Below, in pieces: positions 51,488 through 63,222 of a DNA stretch of 64,000 bases. Under the pieces are notes generated by a model, which was given only the letters and a program-made list of their open reading frames with translations, did no database searches and had not been told where the DNA came from. The translations under genes were made by a program, and so were the position numbers. Source of the DNA: Paraspadella gotoi. Its lineage: Eukaryota > Animalia > Chaetognatha. How positions within the stretch are numbered: the first letter of the stretch is position 1; each line of letters opens with the position of its first letter. The DNA is taken from positions 21,891,875 to 21,955,874 of the forward strand of contig CM119266.1 in NCBI GenBank assembly GCA_051294375.1, given 5' to 3'.

Positions 51488-54372
51488 ATTAGTCGTAGTA
51501 TCGGTGAATTGGTAAATGAGAGAGAGAGTGAGACGAGTTGGGATCGCTGGTCGTACGTTCGGGTAGTTTCTAAATTTTGAGTCGTTCACATCTATTTCCA
51601 AAGGATGAGGTTTTCTCCGTCATCCCCCCCCCGACCCTCCCATTGTCTACCGGCGATGAGGACGACGGTAGAAACGACGACGGAGATGATGATGAGCGTC
51701 GTGCCTTTTATCCCGGAACTGCTCGGCGTTTTCGCGACGCCGTCGCCTAAAGCCGGATGTGACGCTTGAAAGCTTTTTTTTTTCATGAAATTGGTACAAC
51801 TAATATAAAAATTATCTATTCATTTAATAAATAAGCTATCTTGCCCCTGACTTTGGAGAGGCTTTTGTAGTTTAAGGCCTTCATCACTCTTACTTTCATT
51901 AGTGTAAGTTGTTGCGTTTAACTAATTGTATTTTTTTTTGATATGGTATCATCACAGATGAATGAAACCCGGAAACAGAGGAAAGGATTAAGGAAGAGGA
52001 TTCCGGAAGAGGAAGAAGATTCTGGAATGATTTCGAACGGGATTTTGGAAGCCAAATCCAGAAAAGGAACAATAGTTTCCGGAAGAGGAAAAGAAGGTTC
52101 CAGAAGAGGAAGAGGAGGATTCCGGAAGAGGAAACTGGCTTCGTCTACTTGCCCATTATAAATAGCCTTTGTTTCTGCTTTGATTCACTCTGTTTGAAAA
52201 TTGACACCGTCTTTTCTTGTCTATTTTCTGATAATAAAATTTTACTTTGATTTCATATTGAAATCCCTGTCTGCTTACTTAAATGTGATGGTAGCGGTGA
52301 GATTCCAACCCACGCCTCCGCAGAGACTGGTGAGACTGAAAAGACTGGTCTGCTTACTTAAATGGTATACATAGTTGAAAATCTTTCATGAAAATCAATC
52401 CAATCGGCTGTTCATTTCATTTAAATTTAAATTAGGTAATCTTATAACTACTTATTAGCCCCACCCGTAGAGCGCGGCTGTTTTTCTCCATTCTGGATGT
52501 AATCGGGAACGTTGGGATTTTTGTTCTTGTCCTTGTTTTTGTCCTTGTTCTTTTGCTGGGCCTTCTTTTTCTGTTCCAATAACTTTTTTTGTTCCTTATC
52601 GGAGGAGCGAAAAATAATAAAAATGTTTAAAAGAAACCTCATGGGATATCAAGAGACAGTACCAAAAAAGTAATTTTCTAATGCTGTATTAAAAAAAAAT
52701 TTAAAACAGAAGCAGCGAAAACAATTTAAAAACAAAACAAGAGAAAAAAACAGAATCAAAAAAAAACTTCACCAAAACTTTACCTCTGAAAGTTCTGGAG
52801 GTGGTTCAACTGTTGTTGAACCTCGGCCACCACCTCGCCCTCCGCCGCCCATGCCGCCTTCACCCATACCACCTCCTCCCATGCCACTCCCACCACATTC
52901 CGCCTCCCCCCATGCCGCCTCCTCCCATGCCACCTCCACCCATGCCACCCCTCCCATGCCACCTCCACCCATTCCGCCTCCCCCCATGCCGCCTCCTCCC
53001 ATGCACCTCCACCCATGCCACTCTCCTCATGCCACCTCCCCCCATTCCACCTCCTCCCATGCCCCTCCCAACCACTCCTCACCATACACCTCCTCCACAG
53101 TACCACCTCCTCCCATGCCTCCTCCCATTCCTCCACCAAATCCGCCACCGCCTGCCTGCCTTTTCATCCGTAATTTTAATTCTGCATAAAAAGTAGAAAA
53201 GTAAAAAAATCTTAAAAGTTTAGTGATCTCGCCAGACGTTACTATCAAAGAAAATTAATGAAAAAATCAAGTCATCCAATCATTCATTGATGCAATGATA
53301 GTCATTCATTGACGCGATGAATCATTCATCGTAAATAAAAAAAAGAAATGCGTGTAAAAGTGAGAGAGAGAGAGAGAGAGAGAAAGTAAGAGAAAAAGAG
53401 AAGTCTAACTGCTGCAGAGCTGAACTCGTTTTTAGACGAATCAAAAGAAGCAGTGCCTGATAAAAAAAATATATATATAATTTAAAGAAATAAAAGGAAA
53501 AAAATATTATAACCGTTTATAATTAAAAATTATTATAATTTTTTTTAATTAGTAGTTATAAAAGTGTATATTATGGCAATAGCCGGGTTGCTTGTGGGAT
53601 GGGGCATCTCACTGTTAGCTTTGGGGTTTTCCGATCTTCAGTGATGCCTCCAGTCACTGGCGCAGTTACCTTAGGACGGTCTCACTTTGCCAACGCAGAG
53701 GGAAGTCGTTAGGACTGTGGATGGAACATTACGCCTGGGATGGTGTGAACCAATGAATTGGCTGAAGGATGGTGGATGTGAGGCGGTGTGAATATACCAC
53801 CACAGGATCCCCGGGCCAAGACATCACTCAGGTTCCTCAAGCCTGAAAGGTATCTGACAAGAATGTTACCATAGTGGGAGAGAGAGAGAGAGCAGGAGTT
53901 GTGGGGGCTTAGGCGTTTGTCGTAGCGTACCATAAGAAGGTTGCGTGTTTGCTCGTAGAGCTTACCACTTATGGCAACAGCCGGGTTACCTGTGATGCCT
54001 ATTGAGATGGGGTATCTTACTGTTGGCTTTGGGGGCTTCCGACCCTCAGTGACGCCTCCAGTCACTGGCGCGGTTACCCTAGGACGGTCTCGCTTTGCTA
54101 ACGCAGAGGGAAGTTGTTAGGACTGTGGATGGAATACTACGCCTGGGATGGTGTGTTCCCCTTCTGAGCCAATGGATTTGGCTGAAGGATAGTGAGTGAT
54201 CGATCTTGCGACCCTTGATGCCGTCCACACTTCATTTTAAAGCCTTACCTTCTTCCTCCGCCATCATCCGCTCAAATTCCTCCCGCTCAACTTCCTCGTT
54301 CCAGTCGCGCGAGGATACGAGAGACGCGACAGCGAGAATGACGATCGCCAGCCGGAAATAACTCGTCGTCAT
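50577..54372 (-). CDS. Type I membrane protein with a (GGGM)n-rich ectodomain and an RG/D/R/E low-complexity cytoplasmic tail; unknown function
   Basis: Signal peptide MTTSYFRLAIVILAVASLVSS. Gly-Met exon at about 52785-53155 with apparent frameshifts. TM TLIIISVVVSTVVLIA|GFVGIYFY split by an intron. Tail GPRGPGGPGRGG...DDDDDRRRRRR...EPPPYES...EEEEEEERE*. Confidence 0.65.
51186..51485. repeat. Long foldback palindrome in an intron
   Basis: (ct)n-acacttaacaaaaacccaatgttgtaaacggttgagagagaaacgaggacaagcattactaat is mirrored by attagtaatgcttgtcctcgtttctctctcaaccgtttacaacattgggttttgttaagtgt-(ga)n. Confidence 0.93.
52286..52331 (-). pseudogene. 3' half of tRNA-Leu (truncated pseudogene) between 17-bp direct repeats
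   Basis: Minus strand accagtctctgcggaggcgtgggttggaatctcaccgctacca matches the eukaryotic tRNA-Leu variable arm, T arm and acceptor strand (CCAGTCTCTTCGGAGGCGTGGGTTCGAATCCCACCGCTGCCA). It is flanked by gtctgcttacttaaatg at 52269-52285 and 52348-52364. Confidence 0.8.
53572..54194 (+). repeat. Dispersed repeat family B (~220 bp): two direct copies (53572-53803, 53970-54194)
   Basis: tatggcaa(c/t)agccgggtt...cctccagtcactggcgc(a/g)gttacc(c/t)taggacggtctc...aacgcagagggaagt..taggactgtggatggaa is present twice here and inverted at 58297-58515. Confidence 0.92.
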
Positions 54373-54641
54373 GGTAACCAGTAAATTCGCGATCTTTATG
54401 ACAGAGATCTTTAAAAGCTTATTTTTTCGCTCAGTCGCTAAATTTTCATCAAAATTTCGACGCAATTAGATTTTTAGAGAGAGGAACCTGGGTCTTTAAG
54501 ATAAACCTATTGCTCCAATGGGATGAGCTGAGATCCAGGATTTAGATCTGAAGAAAAAGGGGGAGGACGAGGCGTCGCTATGGAGACGGAAATGGACGCG
54601 GAATCAACATGAGGACAATAATTTTATTTTGTGCGATGAAG

Positions 54642-54683
<42 letters not shown>

Positions 54684-54933
54684 TACGAACTATAAAGGTG
54701 ATGGCACTATTCAACTTTCTCTCTATTTCAATGATGCTGACTTTTCTTCTACCTCTCAATCAACAGATATATTAACAAAGATTAGTTAAAATGATAATCT
54801 ACCCTTTTTTCATTAAAATGAAGAACCATGAATTGTAAATATTGTGTACAGGTTCAGGCCGGTCGTAATTAGAATCATTTTAAGAGGTCAGGACTTCATG
54901 ATGCGACGGCTCTTGACGCAGGACGGAGGTGAA

Positions 54934-55140
54934 TCAAATGCAGACGTGTATTATGGAGAACAAGGAGGCAAAGATCTGAGAGAAAAATTGTCGGTGAAGA
55001 CGAATCAAGTCTTAAATTTGATCCCGATTTCTCACCAAGAAAAAAGAAGAAAAAAGCCACGTGACCGCCACCGTCGTCATCGTGGATGAAAAGTCAATCG
55101 CTTCACTGCAGGGGACTCTGTGAAAAGAAAGAAGATTGTA

Positions 55141-55179
<39 letters not shown>

Positions 55180-55428
55180 ACGTGACTTCACCAACCTTCC
55201 TTGAAGACATCCTCGAGACCAACGATGCGGAGTCCCAGTTACGACGCAGCACTGGAAGGCATCCTCTGCGCCTGCAATGTAGACTGGTCCAGATGATATT
55301 AGATCGGTTTTGTTGTTGTTGTTGTTTGTGAGAAATTCTGATCTTTTTTCTGCTTTTTTGTTGACGTCGGCGTTCAGCCGGGATCGAATGGTAAGGTCGA
55401 GCTAAGAGAAAAAAAATGAATACAGTGT

Positions 55429-55485
<57 letters not shown>

Positions 55486-56229
55486 GCTCACTCCCGGCGT
55501 CTGCTGAAGAATGAGGACGCTGAAACCGATGAATGCGGAGGCCAACAGAAAGTAGAGGATGGCAATCTGAAATTGGAGTTTGAGTAAAATGATTCATAGA
55601 AATATTTAGGAGATTTACTGTTAATGTTTTATTATAACGCCCTCTTTGTTTGATTCAAGGAATCGCGTATAGAGAAGAGGCGCGCCCTCCCCTTTCCTCA
55701 CCACGACGAGAACCCTTTTCCACTTTTGTCCGACGGCGACGATAGCAATCGCAGCGGCGATGATGAGGACGACGCCGGCGGCGACGCCGACGCCGACGAT
55801 GACGGCGACGACGACTGACGCCAACGCCGATCGAGATTCGGCATCGGAATCCGCGAACCAGTGGAGCTGCGCGAGGCTCCAGCGAAGGCTGGACTGGAGT
55901 GAAGAGGAGTAGAATTGAGTGTAGAGAAAATGAGTTTTTTTTTATTTATTCGCTAGATTTTTTGTATGAAATTGGTACAACCAATATAAAAATTATTCAT
56001 TAATTCAATAAATAAGCTATCTCGCCCCTGACTTTGGACAGGCTTTGGTGGTTTAAGGCCTCCACCACTCTTACAAGATAATGACATCGCAAGCTTTCAA
56101 CCAAGACTCTCTCAGTCTCGTTTATTCATTATATTTAAAATAAAAAAATGTTTTTCAAGTTAATCATTTGGTCAGACCTCTCTCACGAGCGCGTATCCAC
56201 CAACTCCAATGAGAGCCACTCCGATGATC
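54934..56229 (-). CDS. Divergent tetraspanin-like protein (5' exon not located)
   Basis: Exons give IIGVALIGVGGYALVRE|...VVVAVIVGVGVAAGVVLIIAAAIAIVAVGQKWKRVLVV|IAILYFLLASAFIGFSVLIL|...EDAFQCCV...RGCLQGR|VPCSEAI...VAVTWLFSSFFL|IFASLFSIIHVCI*. This is four TM segments with a CC-containing large loop. Confidence 0.7.
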
Positions 56230-56489
56230 TGTTTAAAAAATTCTAAATAGGATGACATTGTCGTTATATAAATTATACTATATTATATATTATGCCTTAC
56301 CATCAAAAATATATTCAGAGCCAAAATCAAAAATCTTATTTTCGTATCCATTTCATCGTCGTGAAAAACCGGAGAGAAAAATCTCTTGCGTTTTAAATAT
56401 CAATCGAGAATTAAAGAAAGAGCGAGTTCATTTTTCCTACTTTGTTTTTTTTTTTCTTTTTTTTTTTTGATTTGGCGAATTACCAAGAA

Positions 56490-56555
56490 AAAAAAATCGG
56501 CAGGGTGTGAATCGATCCCGGGTCCATCATCTGCTCTCTGATCCTCTGACCATGT
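56490..56555 (-). repeat. Degenerate tRNA-like/SINE-head fragment
   Basis: Minus strand has an A-box-like tggtcagagg, a B-box-like gggatcgattc and a downstream T run. No convincing cloverleaf. Confidence 0.3.
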
Positions 56556-57688
56556 GAAGATACATTCATTCTCTCCCTCTCTATCTATCTATCCCTCTCT
56601 TTCTATCTATCGCTCTCCCCCTCTTTCAAAGAAACCATTAAATTAATAACTTGTTTTAGTAACTGATCGGAATAAAAGATAGCAAGCAGCGCAAGGTTAT
56701 GAAACTAGGTTAGGTTTTCAAATTCGTTTTATGCTTTCTGTATCTTTTACAAACGGCGGCATTGTTCAAGAGAAAGGGGTACGAACGTACCAACCTAAGT
56801 TTTAGTAGGTTGACAATTCGCAGTTGACATAAAATAATAGCAAAATGCCATACGTCTTGCTTTATTTCGAGAAAAAAAATCTCTTTCTAATTTTGCCTTC
56901 TCGCCATATTAACATCCTTCTTCCACGAACCATGTAATTAGTTAGTCGGGGAAAAAGAACCCGCAAGAGTTTCCCTTGCCTGCACACGTAACCATTTCAA
57001 TTTTTCTGCAAAATGAGGTCGACGGCAATGTCGACGACGACGTCAAACGTCGACAACGACCAGATCCCGAAAGTTAATTGAAACAGAGTCCGAAGCGTAA
57101 AAAGAGGTTCTGGCACGAAAGGCGCCTGGACTCGATTCTACTTCATCCGGAGATTCATGGCCCGCCGGGTGGGCATCGGTGGAGCGGGGAAGGGGATGGC
57201 CGGCGGGAAAGGGAGATCCGGCCGGCGGGAAAGGTCGCTGCGGCGCCGGCCGTTCCTCCGCTCTCGTCGCTTAGTAACGAGAGGAAACAAAAGGGCGCGA
57301 TCGTCAATGTCTCAGGCGAACTCGTCCACTTTTTGCGCAGAATATTTTTTTTTTCTCTCTCGTCATTTCCTGTTATTAAATTACGGGGAAAACCTATGAC
57401 TATGAGTTATTTCTGATTTCTTTTCTAAAAGTGTTGACCAATAACGAATAATTGACTAACGACTTAGCTTTAACACAACATCGGGATAAATTTAATCTTA
57501 TTACGAGTTATAGTATTGTTTTGGACATGATATTTCGTCAATATAACGTGGGTTAAGGAGTATTGAATCCAACCAATGAATAAAACAAAAAATAAAACCA
57601 CAGCATACAGCAATTACAACACGGTATAACTTTTTCAAGTTTACATTTTAGAAAGGGAAAAGACGACATATAATCTCATTAAACAATC

Positions 57689-60600
57689 ATGTCAATGAAC
57701 CAAAATCTGACAAAAGCTGTTTCACGGAAATTAAAGTACTACATGGAAGTGAAACGTCTTGAAGACGGATTCGACGTCCGCTCCTCCGTCCCAGGCTCCG
57801 GCGGCGCCTTCGTCTCGACCGGCTCCGGCCGGCTCCGTCGCCGAGGCGTCGACGACCGGTGGGCGGCTTCGACCGTTCACGGGACGACGACCTCGGTGGA
57901 GCGGGAGGAAGAGGTGCGCCGCGTCCTAGTGGAGCAAATCCGCAACATCCACTTTTTCTCTCCCGAGGAGTTGCCCAACGAGGAGCGGATCAGGATCTTG
58001 AAGCGGAACCGAGTGCCCGACGAGAACATTAGATTGGGTGAGGACTGAGGTAGGGAATGAGGGATGTGTAGGGAGCAATCGAGTAGGGCTTCGTGAGCTG
58101 AGGTTGTAAGATATAAACTCTTGGCTGATGTCGTGGGTTGGCCGGAGAAATCAGGTCACGTGCTAAAAAATTTATCTCGAAGAACAAATTAAAATTTAAA
58201 ATTAAAAGTTCACAAGTAAAGGACAAGGTTCCGCCTTCGACAGAAAAAAATTCGTATGGAGAGATTCGTAGTGCAAAGAGATTTTCGAATTGGGTAAAGG
58301 TGTGGCGGTATATTCACACCGCCTCACATCCACCATCCTAGGCGTTGTGTTCCATCCACAGTTCTCACGACTTCCCTCTGCGTTGGCAAAGCGAGACCGT
58401 CCTAGGGTAACCGCGCCAGTGACTGGAGGCGTCACTGAGGGTCGGAAGCCCCCAAAGCCCACAGTGAGATGCCCCATCCCAATAGGCATCACAGTCAACC
58501 CGGCTGTTGCCATAAAGGATTGTTTGAAAGATGAAGCAAACTGAAAAGGACAGAAAAAGCTAAACGATTTTCTTAAAATTCAACCGTCAATTAAGCAAAG
58601 ACTTTTTCATCCTCTAATCCTTAATTCCTTCCGCCGCAGCTCTTCGTCCGCGCTCCGCCCCGTCTCGTCCTACCTCCACGCGCTCCCTCACCTCCTCCGC
58701 CTCCGCCCCTTTTAGCAACGTCACCCGCGGCGAGGCGGAGCGTCTCATCTCCATGGCGACGCGGTTGTTGGTCGCCACGGAGAACGTCGTCGGCGGCGGC
58801 GAGGGCTACGCCAGGACTGGCGACCGCCGTAGTCAAGGACGGGTTAACCGCGTCAGCAGCGCCAGATCCGCGGGAAGGAGTGACTCTGTCTCTGTCTATC
58901 GGCAGGACGGGGAAGAAATGGGTGCGAGGAAACGGATGATGACGATGATGACGATGATGACGATGATGACGATGATGATGATTGGCGTATTTCAGGTCGC
59001 CTTCCCACTGTTATTTGGCCGCAGCCTAAATTTCTGTTGAAGTTAAGGTTGCGGGTTAGGGTTAGGGATCAGGTAAGGCTTTTAGGTTAATGATTAAGGT
59101 TAGGGATTAAGTTAGTGATTCAGGATTGGGATAAGGTAAGTGATTAGGATTAGAGCCAAATATGTTTTGTTGGGAGACAATATAAAAACACGGCTGTCTC
59201 CCTTCTTTCTCCTGCACAGACGCCCCACCAATTCTGCAGCAGGAAGAAGAGGCTCGTTATCCTCCGCCTCCTCGTCCCTCTCCTCTCCGTCGAAAGAAAA
59301 GAATTTGGGATCTTAACGGACACCGCGTTTACAGCGGCGGCGGCGGCAGCGGCGGCGGCAGCGGCGGAGTCAGGAATCAAAAGTCGGTCTGGAGACGCAT
59401 CGGAGGCGGGGGTAGCGGAAGGCAAGAGTCGGTTTATCCTAGAAGAAAAAATGTGCCGGAGTACATTATCGTGCCGAACTCGAGGTTAGCGAGAAATATT
59501 TATTAAATCAACGGCTAATAATTCTAAATTCAAACGTGCGCCATATCGTTTTATTTTCTACTTTTCTCTCAGAAAGCCTACGTTAGCGTCGGAGGGCGTT
59601 GCCATTCGCAAAGAGATTCCATCGTGGATACAAAGAGAGATGGAGAATCTGACGGCTCGAGACTCGGTCGACACTCAAGCGAAATGGGTGCGGCCGGTGG
59701 ACGAGCGGGCTCCCGATCGGGAGATCGACAAGGTTTATAGTTATATATAGATATTTAAGTATACCTCATGGAGCAAAAATCATCAAGTAAATATCCTCTG
59801 AACAGCAAATGCAAAAGAAAAAGAGGGACCGACCAAAATCGGCCAAGAATCGACCGCGACCAGAGAATTTCATTGATCCGAACCGTTTGATGGAGGAATG
59901 GTTGCAGGAGACGGAGCGAATTAAGGTTAATATATTAGCGAAAACGAAGTTTAGATTGTATAACAACTATTTTATTATTAGAAAACAGAAAACGCTGATG
60001 AAGACTCGAATGTGAGTCGAAACATGTCTGTTTTCTAATAATAAAATCGTTGTTGAACAATCTAAACTTCTTTTTCCCTAATCATTAAACACAACGAAAT
60101 GAAAGGATTATCATAATAAGGTTAATATTAATAATTTAAAATATAACATTCTTTAAAATTTAACCTGGAACATTATCCCACAAAATCGCTCGAGGTCGCG
60201 ATACTATATCATCGACGACAACGACGACAACAACAACAACAANNNNNNNNNNNNNNNNNNACGAGAACGAGAACGAGAAAAAAAGAAAGTTTTATGGCGG
60301 CGAATCTATTCTTTCTCTGTCAGGCGCTCGCTGGAGAGGATCGTCGAGACTCGCAGGTTCAGACGTCCGAGGAGATCGGAATTCAAACGGAGCAAGAATA
60401 CGTGGCGCCAAATAGCGTTGACCGCGTCCCGTCCCCGCCCACCGTCGCTTCCGGGCAAAGAATCGTTTACAAGGTAAGAACAGTTGACGAAAAAGTGGTA
60501 CGTATACGATTGTATATAATACAATTTTTTTCATCATTTTGTATGACTTTGTGGGATTGTTTACCGTCGAGTCGTCTTTAGAATAAACTGAGTAAAAAAA

Positions 60601-63222
60601 TACTTAACGACTTCCTCAGTTCTTTTATAATTTATTCGCCTGATCGGCTGTGAAGATTGCAACCTACCTATTGACTTTCTAACTCCCCGTCTATCATTCT
60701 TCTCCCACTCCTTTCAGGTTTCAGTTTTCACGGCGCGCGATCGAAACGGCGCCTCCACCAAAGCCGAAGTGCGCCTTACCATGTTCGGAGAAAGGGGAAA
60801 GAGCGAGCGCGTCGCCCTCCGCCGCTCCCTCACCCACAAGGTTCCCTTCCAAAAGGGGCAGGAAGACGTCTTCAGGGTGGAGGCCTTCGATCTCGGGCCT
60901 CTGACCAAGATCCTAATCGGGCACGAGAGGCGGGAGATCGAGTTCAGCTGGTATCTGGAGAAGGTGGGAATTCAGGTGAGGACGGGAGGAGTAAGGGGGG
61001 GGGCGAGGGGGAGAAGGGATGAGGGAGGATGGAGGAGGACCGAGAAAGTGAATAGTTGAAATTCTGGAATAAAAAGCCAAATATGCCGGGGACAAGCGAA
61101 AGCAAATAATTTTATTACAGTAAAACAAGAACCCTTTTCATTTTATTGAAAATAAGAAAGACTTTCTCATCTCTTCCCTTTTCTCACCCCTCGACCTACC
61201 CAGGACCCAGAAACTCAGATCGAGTACGTGTTCGATTGCGGGGCGTGGCTCAGCGGTCGCGACGGAAGCGGAAACAACTTGAGGACTTTGAAGTTGACGA
61301 AGACGTTGGTTGTGCCCGAGATTATCGACGAAGGTGCTGCCGATGGTTTTCTCATTATTCTGTATTAGCTTTCATTTTTCGATGTCAGTTCGATTGTTTA
61401 TACAAGCAGACAGCAAAAACTTACCCCAGGACTGATACAGAAAAATACAAATATTTCAAGACCTCTCTTTCAATTTCAATCAGGTTCCGCTTCGAACTCT
61501 TCCTTCACAAAAGGACGAGAAACCGAGAGCGAAACCTCGAGCCTGACGTCACTCGCGACGGAGACTCGATCTTTCGAGAGGGCGCCACATGTCGGCGCCA
61601 GAGACGATGACGACGACGAAGATTCTTCCTCCTCTTCCTCCTCCAATTCATCCAAGAGAAAGGATCGTTCGCGCGGCGCTGGCATCGACGACGACGACGA
61701 AACTTCCCTCTCGACCAGCGTTCAAGGTCAACTCAGTCAGCGCAGCGGCGCCAGCGGAAAGAAGACAAAGAAGCCGGCCAAGTCCGAGCGGGTCGTCGCC
61801 GCCGACGAAGAAAGCGCCGCCACTTACCGCAGCAGCTCCGGTGCCGAAGTCTTGGACGCTCGAGACGTCGACGAGGCTGTCGGCGGCGGCGCCGAAAATC
61901 GGAAGCGAGTGACGTTCGAAGGACGCCGCGATTCGTCGTCGTCGGACGCGAGGCGGCGCCATTTGCAAAAGGAAAGAGAGAAGCGACGCGCGGAAGAGCG
62001 GAGGGAGGAGAGGAGAAAGAGGGAGAGGATGGAGGAACGAAGAAGTAAAGGACGGGGCGGGGATTCGACGACTTCGCCGGGAAGCGAATCCGCGGCGACG
62101 GACGAATCCACTCGACTATCGACGGCGTCGCCGCCGCGCCGGTCTTCGCCTTCACGGCGCGCTTCTCCGCCTCATCGACGCCGGACAGGTTCGCCTCGGC
62201 CCTCGTCGCCCTTTGCCCGGCCCTCGTCATCTCTGGCCAGGGCGTCACCGTCGCCGCCTCCTTCTCGTCCTCTGCCTCGTCCTCCTCCTTCTCCCGACGA
62301 CAACTTCTTCGACTCTCGCGTCGGCGGCGAAATCCCGCAGTTCACCGCCGACTCTCTCTCCAGAGGATCCTCGGCCAAGAGTCGGTTGTCCGCGGAGGAG
62401 GAGGAAGAGAGAGGAGAAAGAGGCCGGACGATGGAGGAAAACGAAGGTATTTAAGGGAATTAATATAATAATTCACGGTGAAAATTCTTAACTAAACATT
62501 TCCTTGACTTGGCTTCCTTCTTTCCACTTGCTTCACACACATATATCGACATCTCGTCCAGAATCGAAAGGGCGAGCGGATGCCACAGACGCCGTCGTCG
62601 ACAAGATCGACGCCGGTTTCCGCTCTTTGCACGACGCCGCGAAAACGGGCATTTCCAATCTGGTACGCCACGCTGTGATGGCTGGCGGGCGCGTCAACGC
62701 TACGGACGACGCCGGGTGGACGCCATTCCACGTCGCGGCGTCGCTTGGACACGAAGCGGCGCTAAAGACACTGACGGCCTTGGGTGCGGACGCCTTCGCC
62801 AAAACCAACGAACAGCAGACGGCATTGCATTTGGCAGCCGCAGAGGGAAAGATGGAGGTTTGCTGGTGGCTCGTCGCGAGATGCCACATTCCGGTCGAGG
62901 TGCGATTCTTATTTTCAGTACATGAAAATTCAAAACCTACTCTTTGAATTAAAATTAAAACAAATCAAAAAATAAACAATGTCCTTAGTCGGTGGATTTG
63001 TCGGACCGAACTGCCGCGGATTTGGCGGCAGACTCCGGCTTCGACGACGTCGCCCGCTTCCTTCGCGCCGGCGCCGAGAACCGGGACTTCCTCGCCGCCG
63101 TCGCTGCCGCCCGGAGCGACGCCTCCGCCACTTCCGGTTCCGGGTTCCTCGACGACTTTGAGACGACGAGCGACGCCTCGGGCCTCACAATGGCCAAGAC
63201 TTCGCCGAGATCGCCTGAGTGA
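57689..63222 (+). CDS. Multi-exon protein with a PLAT/LH2 domain, Ser/Arg/Pro-rich linker and C-terminal ankyrin repeats (start uncertain)
   Basis: PLAT: IVYK|VSVFTARDRNGASTKAEVRLTMFGERGKS...FQKGQEDVF...DLGPLTKILIGHE...WYLEKV..|DPETQIEYVFDCGAWL (60460-61300). Ankyrin: GWTPFHVAASLGHEAALKTL, QQTALHLAAAEGKMEVCWWLV, RTAADLAADSGFDDVARFL (62620-63070). Confidence 0.75.
58297..58515 (-). repeat. Repeat family B, inverted single copy
   Basis: Reverse complement of the copies at 53572-53803 and 53970-54194. Confidence 0.9.
59926..60090 (+). repeat. Inverted repeat (~63-bp arms) enclosing a 30-nt microexon
   Basis: 59926-59989 pairs with 60027-60090 with few mismatches. The enclosed segment carries ag|AAAACAGAAAACGCTGATGAAGACTCGAAT|gtgagt. 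Confidence 0.85.
60243..60260. other. Small assembly gap (N run)
   Basis: Run of n characters. Confidence 0.99.

Noticed and set aside
53774-53790. 7SK RNA 5' end (ggatgtgaggcg), tempting because HEXIM is in the window
   Set aside because: Only a ~10-nt match inside dispersed repeat B, with no GATC-containing 5' stem following.
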